Origin: a virus
Reading direction: 5' to 3' (one strand)
DNA length: 64,000 nt
Virus record (IMG/VR): IMGVR_UViG_3300027759_000048
Position numbers and translations under genes: made by a program. Below, piece after piece: positions 48,061 through 55,637 of the stretch; position 1 is the stretch's first letter; every line of letters starts with the position of its first letter. A model generated the notes under the pieces. The model saw only the letters and a program-made list of their open reading frames with translations, did no database searches and was not told the DNA's origin.

Positions 48061-49743
48061 ATGGCGCAGTTTAGAAAAGATACCCAACAGTTTCTCAACC
48101 AAGAGAAAACTATATTTGAAGTCAATATGCTATCCACTCCTGATGGTCAAGTTGTCAGCAATACTAATCCTCTACCCGTTACATTAGGTAATACCACGAT
48201 ACAGATTACATCTAATAATGTCAATGTGACTGTTCCTAATACTATCTCTGTAAATTCTTCAACCAGTGATCCTCTACACGTTCATATTACTGAGATCGGG
48301 ACAAGTGGTAATCTACAGTTTTCTTACATGCCTATTGGTGGTAACGTAGGTGTAACCGGTACAGTAAACATTGGTAATCCACTTACAGCTAATGTTACCG
48401 GTAATGTTAGAATCTTCCAAAGCACAGGTGCTGCTATCAATACAGCAAATCCTCTACCAGTCACCGCTGCTATTACAGGCACAGTAACCTCAACTCCAGT
48501 TGCCGGTGCTGTTGATGCTTTTGGTAGAATGAGAGTATCAGAAGGGTTTACGCTTGGTGACTATAAGCACACATACGGTCTTGATCCAAACTTTATTGAT
48601 GAATTAGGTCCCGGTGCTAATGTCATCCACCTATCTAATCAAGCAGCAGCCAGATTATCAACAAACAATAGTCCAACAAGTTATGCTATTCACCAGACAA
48701 AACAATATCACAACTATATGCCTGGTAAAAGTCAGCTAATCAAATCAACAATCAATTTCTATAATGCTACTGCTAACGTAACAAAGAGAACCGGTTACTT
48801 TGATGCTAACAATGGTATCTACTTTGAGCAAGCAGGCAATAGCACATTAAGTATGGTTATTAGATCGGACACAAGTGGTACAATAGTCGAGCGCAGAGTA
48901 CCACAAGCACAATGGAATATGGATACTTGTAATACATCTATCACTGGTACTGTAACAGGTAACGTTGGTAGTTTTAATATGGATATCAGCAATACACAAA
49001 TCTTCTGGACCGACTTTCAATGGCTTGGTGTTGGTCGTGTAAGAACAGGTTTCGTATATAATGGTAATCTAATTGTAGCACATGAGTTCTATAACAGCAA
49101 TTTCTTACCAACCGTTTATATGAGTAATCCTAATCTACCAGTTCGCTGTGAGATTAGAAACACTGGTGCCACCACTGGTGCTTACTTTGACCAAATTTGT
49201 TCTACTGTTATTTCAGAAGGTGGATATATTGAGAGTGGTATTGACTGGGCTATTACAACAGGTAGTGCGGCACGATCAGTAACAACAGCAAGCGGTAACT
49301 ATCCTCTTATAGCAATTCGTCTAAAGAATAACTTTAGAACATATCCAAACAGAGTTACCGTTCGTATGGGCAATATAAATGTGTATGCTGAAAACTATCC
49401 AGCATATTGGAAACTTATTAAGTTAGCCAATACTGCTGGACTAACGCTTGCTAACACAACATGGATTAGTGCTGATACCAACTCAGCAGTTGAGTATAAT
49501 CTAACAGGAACTGCTATGGTGGGTGGTGATGAGATGGAGAATGGTATTGTTGGCACAAGCAGTCCTGGTGGTTCTGGCAAAGGAACTGGCACATCACCTA
49601 TCAATAATCCAAGTAATGCGAAGAAAAACTTTATTACTCAAAACATCGCATCATCCAACTCCGAAATATATGTAGTTGCTATTCAAGCGATTGGCGGAAC
49701 ATCCGATGTATGGGCAGGCATTCAATGGAGAGAGATTTACTAA
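48061..49743 (+). CDS. virion structural protein (Thr/Asn-rich)
   Basis: Late promoter 48026; NPLPV repeats, DAFGR.RVS, Y.PGKS, WLGVG.V..G, C-terminal WRE. Confidence 0.7.
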   Translation: MAQFRKDTQQFLNQEKTIFEVNMLSTPDGQVVSNTNPLPVTLGNTTIQITSNNVNVTVPNTISVNSSTSDPLHVHITEIGTSGNLQFSYMPIGGNVGVTGTVNIGNPLTANVTGNVRIFQSTGAAINTANPLPVTAAITGTVTSTPVAGAVDAFGRMRVSEGFTLGDYKHTYGLDPNFIDELGPGANVIHLSNQAAARLSTNNSPTSYAIHQTKQYHNYMPGKSQLIKSTINFYNATANVTKRTGYFDANNGIYFEQAGNSTLSMVIRSDTSGTIVERRVPQAQWNMDTCNTSITGTVTGNVGSFNMDISNTQIFWTDFQWLGVGRVRTGFVYNGNLIVAHEFYNSNFLPTVYMSNPNLPVRCEIRNTGATTGAYFDQICSTVISEGGYIESGIDWAITTGSAARSVTTASGNYPLIAIRLKNNFRTYPNRVTVRMGNINVYAENYPAYWKLIKLANTAGLTLANTTWISADTNSAVEYNLTGTAMVGGDEMENGIVGTSSPGGSGKGTGTSPINNPSNAKKNFITQNIASSNSEIYVVAIQAIGGTSDVWAGIQWREIY

Positions 49744-49744
49744 C

Positions 49745-50287
49745 ATGCTATCATTTTTTCAATATCTTCAAGAAAAAGAACTAGAAGAAGGTAATCCTTT
49801 GGCTAGGGTTCATAAGCACGAAAAAGAAGGTCGTGCTTCCGCCGGAATTACAGCTTGGCGCTCACATTTGTCTGATACGGAAAACAAACAAAGAATGAAA
49901 TCTTTTGATTCCGATCTACGTTCCAAAGGATATGGATTCCGCAAAACTGAAGGAAAGTGGTTAGATAAAGGCGAACAGTCTCGCTATGTGGCCGCTAAAG
50001 GAACAAATAAGAAAGATACAAAAGCATTCCGCAGAGATATGGAAGAGTTAGGTAAGAAATACGATCAAGATTCCGTAGCCCTTCGCTCAAAGAGGAAAAC
50101 TATCATCAAAGGAACAAATCAATCCAATGATCCTGGTATGGGTAGGGTTGCCAACGTCGGTAAAACCAGATATAATAATCCAGAATCGCCTGCTCAAACG
50201 GAATTCAATCCAAGGAAACCTGTGAGTATGCGGCCGTCATTTACGACAGGTAAAGGTATAGATCATCAGAATCCTAATCGCAAATAA
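49745..50287 (+). CDS. probable head-packaged protein, SAM-lyase/DUF3293-like motif set
   Basis: MLSFFQYLQE start; ITA.R...EN..R...L...G...G.W...E.S..V...LG.KY.QDSV. Confidence 0.5.
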   Translation: MLSFFQYLQEKELEEGNPLARVHKHEKEGRASAGITAWRSHLSDTENKQRMKSFDSDLRSKGYGFRKTEGKWLDKGEQSRYVAAKGTNKKDTKAFRRDMEELGKKYDQDSVALRSKRKTIIKGTNQSNDPGMGRVANVGKTRYNNPESPAQTEFNPRKPVSMRPSFTTGKGIDHQNPNRK

Positions 50288-50301
50288 AATGGAGTATCAT
50301 T

Positions 50302-50565
50302 ATGAATTGGGGTGTGAAAACAAAGCATTACTATGCCGAGCGGCTAAGTCGGACTCCGGCATTTCAAGAGTTTCTATCCAGTAACATCTTGGAAGTTACT
50401 AATGAAGAGTATCATTCACTATCAAGACAGTGTATTGAATATCTTCAAGGTGAGATAAATGAAAGTGTTCCGAGTAGTCACAATAGTTATGTTGCTTGGC
50501 TATCTACTTGGGACAGATGTTTTGATCACGCAGCTAAAACTGCTGGTATAATTATAAAGGAATAA
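50302..50565 (+). CDS. hypothetical protein
   Basis: GGAG RBS. Confidence 0.55.
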   Translation: MNWGVKTKHYYAERLSRTPAFQEFLSSNILEVTNEEYHSLSRQCIEYLQGEINESVPSSHNSYVAWLSTWDRCFDHAAKTAGIIIKE

Positions 50566-50568
50566 AGT

Positions 50569-50865
50569 ATGTCAGGACCTGTGGAAAATAGTATAAACGT
50601 TCTAATCAAAGAGTTGAAAGACAACCGCAAAGTGGATAAGGATGAAGCCCTTGAATACGTCGGTTATGTCTTTCGGCTAATCACTCAAAACAACATACCG
50701 CTTGATCAGCGTCATGGTGCCTCTCTCACCGTTGATGACTGTCTCAAGAAAGTTCGTGGTGGTAATTTTCGTCGTGCTGAAGGTTTCTTCGGCAACTGGG
50801 CTAATCAGTTAGACAAGAAAGGTGAAGGTATCGAAGATTTCGATGACCACTATAATGGCTGTTGA
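50569..50865 (+). CDS. hypothetical protein
   Basis: AAGGA RBS. Confidence 0.55.
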   Translation: MSGPVENSINVLIKELKDNRKVDKDEALEYVGYVFRLITQNNIPLDQRHGASLTVDDCLKKVRGGNFRRAEGFFGNWANQLDKKGEGIEDFDDHYNGC

Positions 50866-51542
50866 AAACCTTTAATCATCTAAACCAAGACCACTATCTG
50901 ATAAATCTAAAGAGAGAAGAATATAATGGCAAGCGATACTACATCTCACCAAACGGAAAAAAGTTACCGTCCGTCACAACTTTTTTATCCCACTTCAAAG
51001 GCGACTCCATTGCCAAATGGAGGGCTAAAGTGGGGGAAGAAGAAGCGAATAAGATATCAGGACGAGCAAGTAGAAGAGGTACAAAATTTCATTCGCTTAT
51101 GGAATCTTATCTCTCAAATCAGGAGCGGAGCAGTTTTTTAGACGAAAATGTGATGCCAGATATGCATCATGCGTTTCGCCAATTTGTACCCATCGTTGAT
51201 AGGATTGACAATGTTCACTATTTGGAAACTATGCTCTATAGCGAAACTCTCGGTCTCGCAGGTCAAGTTGATTGTATTGCCGAGTTTGACGGTGTACCTT
51301 CTGTTATTGACTTTAAGACATCTTTGAGAACCAAGAGAGAAGAGTGGATCCTAAACTACTTTGAACAATGTACCTGTTACTCTTTGATGTATGAAGAGAT
51401 GACAGGTATCAAGGCAAAGCAGATTGTGGTACTGATATCAGTTGATAACGAAGATCCTCAGGTCTTTGTGAAACAACGTAGTGAGTATATACCTGAGTTA
51501 GTCAATAAGATTAAACAATTTAGATTGGAGCATCCGTTATGA
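50862..51542 (+). CDS. PD-(D/E)xK exonuclease
   Basis: PSVTT, RGT.FH, LAGQVDC, IDFKTS, Y..Q...Y. Confidence 0.85.
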   Translation: MKTFNHLNQDHYLINLKREEYNGKRYYISPNGKKLPSVTTFLSHFKGDSIAKWRAKVGEEEANKISGRASRRGTKFHSLMESYLSNQERSSFLDENVMPDMHHAFRQFVPIVDRIDNVHYLETMLYSETLGLAGQVDCIAEFDGVPSVIDFKTSLRTKREEWILNYFEQCTCYSLMYEEMTGIKAKQIVVLISVDNEDPQVFVKQRSEYIPELVNKIKQFRLEHPL

Positions 51543-51658
51543 GAAAAGTATATCTCGCTATTGCCATGGTGTTTCTTTGTCTGGGTTTGTCTGGATGTGT
51601 GGTGGCGACCGTCGGTGAGTGCATTATACGGGACACGACTAGTAGGCCATGCAACTAA
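51539..51658 (+). CDS. small lipoprotein (39 aa)
   Basis: GGAG RBS; MRKVYLAIAMVFLCLGLSG-C lipobox. Confidence 0.65.
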   Translation: MRKVYLAIAMVFLCLGLSGCVVATVGECIIRDTTSRPCN

Positions 51659-51721
51659 TAACTCCAAAGACCATCGTGGTGTTGGCGCACCATTACTAGA
51701 GGAGTTTGAGAACCAGATACC

Positions 51722-53230
51722 ATGACAAAGATAATCACAAGAGATTGGATCCGAGATGACATTGTGATCCATGCTGATGTCAGAAAAGCAGATGTTTTGG
51801 TTAACACATATACTAAACAAGACCTCTGCGAGTTTATCAATTACTGGAAACTCAAACTTCTATCGCATGGTGCTAAACGTGGTGATAAGATTGGCACATG
51901 TATCATGCCATCTGACATTCATTCAACTGCTATCAAGTTTGCTGCCTTTGAACTTGGTATGAGTATGGTCGTTCTACACAGACCAAACAACGAGAAAGAA
52001 TGCCAGAGTCCTAAGAGCAATTGTCATTTGCCTCTAGACTTTATGATCTTCTTTACATCTTATCTGGCTAGTCCTATTCTTTCTACTGCTATGAAACATT
52101 ACCAAAAGAACTCCAAGGTTGTTTTGGGTTATGGTCCAATTGAATGGGAGACACAGAGAAAGAAGTTTAGATCAACTGAAGAAACACCAATACTAGCACA
52201 GCCAGGTGATATTGCTCTATTGTGTAATAGTAGCGGCACAACTGGCACTCCGAAACTAATAGCACACTCGCACGAATACCTGTATAATCTCTCTAGTAAT
52301 AACGGGCAAGAACTGGGCTATGAACCAGATGACCATTATCTTCATTTGTCCTCACTTAATCACGGAGCGACATTATCACTTGTTCTACCGTCTTTTAGAA
52401 TATGTAAGAACCACTATTTCTATAACAGCATTTCTGGTAAAGGTAAGTTGCCTGGTGACCAGCAATATGATGAGTATGAAAGATTTGTCAATGATTGTGT
52501 CAAGCATGGTATAACAAGAATATTCTGTACCCATGGCGGTGTGCTAGATGAAATCATTAATCATATGGCTAATCGTGATATCAAACTGCCTAACACAAGT
52601 GTAATGATACTTTCATTCATCAGTCCTGAATGGTGTAAGGCAATCAAAGAAGGCAGTCTGAAAAGTATCTATAGTCCATTTGGTTGTAGTGAGGTATGTG
52701 GTCCAGTGTTTATGATGTGGCTCAACTCTGATAATGTGGATAACTTTAATCCAAAGTATCTCGGCAAGCCAACTGTTGATAGTTTCTATAAGACTAGAAT
52801 AGCTGATGGACGTATCTACACAGCCACGCCATACACAGATGAGATTTGTTTTGATGATATTGTTGATGAGAAGCCAGATGGCTATTACTTTGTCGGTAAG
52901 AATAGATTACAAAAGATAAACGATATTGATATCAATCCACTGGACATCATTGAGATAGTGGAGAAGTATACCACAAGATATCAGTTTGAGATATACATTG
53001 ATGAGGTATATAATCAGTTGTATGTTCTTACCTCTGATGTTGTAGCATATGAACAAAGAAGCCATATCAAGGAAGAGATAGACACATTCTATCATGGAAA
53101 TGTTACTCTTGCCGATGTTATACTTGAGCCAGAACTATATGATGCCACTATCAGCAACAAAGCAGATAAGGACAAGTTAGCTGGTATGGTTGAACGATTC
53201 CGCTTGACAAACAAAAATAATGCTGTATAA
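51722..53230 (+). CDS. ANL-superfamily AMP-binding (adenylate-forming) enzyme
   Basis: SSGTTGTPK (A3), FGCSE (A5), DIV (A7), INP..I (A8), NKADK (A10-like). Confidence 0.8.
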   Translation: MTKIITRDWIRDDIVIHADVRKADVLVNTYTKQDLCEFINYWKLKLLSHGAKRGDKIGTCIMPSDIHSTAIKFAAFELGMSMVVLHRPNNEKECQSPKSNCHLPLDFMIFFTSYLASPILSTAMKHYQKNSKVVLGYGPIEWETQRKKFRSTEETPILAQPGDIALLCNSSGTTGTPKLIAHSHEYLYNLSSNNGQELGYEPDDHYLHLSSLNHGATLSLVLPSFRICKNHYFYNSISGKGKLPGDQQYDEYERFVNDCVKHGITRIFCTHGGVLDEIINHMANRDIKLPNTSVMILSFISPEWCKAIKEGSLKSIYSPFGCSEVCGPVFMMWLNSDNVDNFNPKYLGKPTVDSFYKTRIADGRIYTATPYTDEICFDDIVDEKPDGYYFVGKNRLQKINDIDINPLDIIEIVEKYTTRYQFEIYIDEVYNQLYVLTSDVVAYEQRSHIKEEIDTFYHGNVTLADVILEPELYDATISNKADKDKLAGMVERFRLTNKNNAV

Positions 53231-53236
53231 TAAATA

Positions 53237-53530
53237 CTATGCTGAGGTCGTTGAGAGGAACGGCATAGACGTTACGGACGGCGGTTCGATTCCGCCCGCC
53301 TCCACCATAGTAACATCGGACACGGTTCAATTCCGTAATAAGTCCTATAATAGTCTTTAGGCACCCGATGTTACTATGATGGGGGCGACCAGGGTTTCGA
53401 CGGGCGTAGTAAGGGTTCAAGGAGACCGAAAGCAAACGTTAGGTGCTAACGATAACTTTGCATCATTTGATCTTGCTCTAGCAGCATAATCATTGGGTGG
53501 GCCACCAGCCTAGAAACAGAAGTGGTGGCA
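53237..53530 (+). ncRNA. ssrA: two-piece (circularly permuted) tmRNA, tag ANDNFASFDLALAA
   Basis: Acceptor piece with T-arm ends CGCCTCCACCA (53307); coding piece starts GGGGGCGA (53381), giving a G3:U70 pair; tag ORF 53445-53489; promoter TTGACA...TATAAT at 53204-53231; outer ends approximate. Confidence 0.92.
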
Positions 53531-53552
53531 ATTTTACATTATGAGGAACAAA

Positions 53553-53777
53553 ATGAACGCCGACGATATGCAAAAGTTTAGTCTAGCCATTGAGGAGCTA
53601 GTCTATATGAAAGACATTCCATACATTGACGCTGTTATTATGTATTGTGAGGAGACTGGCTTTGAGCTAGAGACGGCTGCCAAGCTAATCTCTGGTGTTC
53701 TCAAATCAAAGATCAAGCTAGAAGCTGAAGACCTACACTATCTAAAGAGATCAAACACCGCACAACTACCTTTCTAA
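53553..53777 (+). CDS. 33: late transcription coactivator (T4 gp33)
   Basis: FS..IE......YIDAV..YCE.....E...KLI...LK.KI..EA. Confidence 0.85.
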   Translation: MNADDMQKFSLAIEELVYMKDIPYIDAVIMYCEETGFELETAAKLISGVLKSKIKLEAEDLHYLKRSNTAQLPF

Positions 53778-54370
53778 TGAAACACTTTTCAGGTTATGGT
53801 GCTTACTTGCTATTCTTAGCATTGAAGACCCATTTCACTAAGTCAGGCTATGACTTCTTCCAAATGCATGGTAAACTCCGTGCAACTAAGGAGTCCTATC
53901 AAAAAAGGAATGATAAGTTCTTCTTTGAGAAGCTGGCTAAAGAGTATAACGCTACCGAGTTGCGTGATTTCTATATTGCTAATCTACTTGAAGAGAAACA
54001 ATACATAACGGATCTAATAGATGAAACAGCAAAGCGAACATACACTGATTATCTGCGACGGCGACAGAGTTTGTCGTATAACTATACCAATGACTTGGCT
54101 AGAACTTTTAGAAAGGGCTTTCGAGAGCCGTTCATTGTCAGTGATAATGCCTACCCTAGTATTGTATTGCTTTTCTTGCGTCGGGAAATCAGTCTAGAAA
54201 CGATGGTCATTGTTGATGACTTTCTGGGCTACACTGGCAAGTTTGATAAGTATTATGGCGAAGATATCATTTGGTGTAAGGTGTCTAAAAAGATAAGTAA
54301 GTATAGACCGTTTCTACAGTATGATAAGGCGAAGATGAAAAGCATACTTAAAAACGAGATGACTAAATAG
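53777..54370 (+). CDS. 59: helicase loader (T4 gp59)
   Basis: LALKTHF..YDFF, KRNDK.FFEKL, ISLET, KY.PF; synteny 33-59-32. Confidence 0.88.
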   Translation: MKHFSGYGAYLLFLALKTHFTKSGYDFFQMHGKLRATKESYQKRNDKFFFEKLAKEYNATELRDFYIANLLEEKQYITDLIDETAKRTYTDYLRRRQSLSYNYTNDLARTFRKGFREPFIVSDNAYPSIVLLFLRREISLETMVIVDDFLGYTGKFDKYYGEDIIWCKVSKKISKYRPFLQYDKAKMKSILKNEMTK

Positions 54371-54400
54371 GTCATCATATATCTTTTACAGGAGAAAGGT

Positions 54401-54577
54401 ATGACAAGAGAAGACTTAATCGATTCAATGGAAATCATTATCAAAGAACATAACGTGGAAAAAGCGGCAGAGTATATCTACCGTCTATGGATGGATCACA
54501 ATAACTATGAACTTAAAAAGGGTAAAGTTACACATATTACCCTCGGTCTTGATATCTCAGAAAAGGTACCAAGATAG
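54401..54577 (+). CDS. hypothetical protein
   Basis: GGAGAAAGG RBS; late promoter at 54362. Confidence 0.5.
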   Translation: MTREDLIDSMEIIIKEHNVEKAAEYIYRLWMDHNNYELKKGKVTHITLGLDISEKVPR

Positions 54578-54670
54578 ACTTGACAGAGGCTTCGGTCTCT
54601 GTTATAATACTACTTTATATGATGATACTGTGGATACTACGAAAATACATCGAACATACGGAGAAATAAT

Positions 54671-55600
54671 ATGAACTTTGCTAACCTCAAGAAACAATCT
54701 AAAGACTTCAGTGGCCTTCTCAAGAAGGTTGATGAACTCAACAAACCCACCTATGATAGAGACGCATCTACAGATAACTATTGGAAGCCAACGCCTGATA
54801 AGGCTGGTAATGCTCTAGCAGTTATTCGTTTCCTTCCTGGCTCTGCCGTTGATGGTGACGATGCTCTACCATGGATTCAGTATTGGGATCATGGGTTCCA
54901 GAACAAGTTGAGCGGTAAGTGGTATATTGAAAAGTCACTCACCACTATTGGTCAGAAAGATCCTGTTTCTGAATATAACTCTACACTATGGAATGCTTCG
55001 GCTGATGATAACTCACCAGAACGCAAGCAGGCCCGTGATCAAAAGCGCCGCCTTCATTATGTGTCAAACATTCAGGTTATTAGTGATCCTAAGAACCCAT
55101 CAAATGAAGGTAAAATCTTTCTATTCAAGTATGGTAAGAAAATCTTTGATAAGCTAACAAAGATGATGAACCCAGACCTTGAGTCGGAGAAGGCAGTTAA
55201 TCCTTTCGATCTTTGGCAGGGTGCTAACTTTAAGTTGAAGATGACCCGTCAGTCTGGTTTTCCAAACTATGATGAGTCAACATTCCTTGCACCAGGTCCG
55301 CTATCAGAAGATGAGGCAGAACTTGAAAAGATTTGGAAGGCTGAGTATTCTCTCAAAGAGATTATCGATCCAAAGAACTTTAAGTCTTATGATCAGCTAA
55401 AGGCTCGTCTCAATGATGTTCTTGGCTTTGGTGATAGTGCTCCACGTGCTACAGCTAAACCAGTAGTAACAGAAGATGATGATGTTCCTTTTACCGAGTC
55501 AAAGCCTGTTGCTAAGAAGGCAGCACCTAAGGCTCCAGTTGTAGAAGATGATGATGAAGACTTGGCTATGTTCCGAGAACTAGCCGATCTTGATGACTAA
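54671..55600 (+). CDS. 32: ssDNA-binding protein (T4 gp32)
   Basis: AVIRFLP, HGFQ..G.WYIE.SLTT.G..DPV, GKKIFDK, acidic tail. Confidence 0.95.
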   Translation: MNFANLKKQSKDFSGLLKKVDELNKPTYDRDASTDNYWKPTPDKAGNALAVIRFLPGSAVDGDDALPWIQYWDHGFQNKLSGKWYIEKSLTTIGQKDPVSEYNSTLWNASADDNSPERKQARDQKRRLHYVSNIQVISDPKNPSNEGKIFLFKYGKKIFDKLTKMMNPDLESEKAVNPFDLWQGANFKLKMTRQSGFPNYDESTFLAPGPLSEDEAELEKIWKAEYSLKEIIDPKNFKSYDQLKARLNDVLGFGDSAPRATAKPVVTEDDDVPFTESKPVAKKAAPKAPVVEDDDEDLAMFRELADLDD

Positions 55601-55608
55601 GAAAATTG

Positions 55609-55637
55609 GAGGGAGAGCAATCTCCCTCTTTTTTTTT
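55609..55637 (+). terminator. intrinsic terminator between convergent genes
   Basis: GAGGGAGA-GCAA-TCTCCCTC plus T9. Confidence 0.88.
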
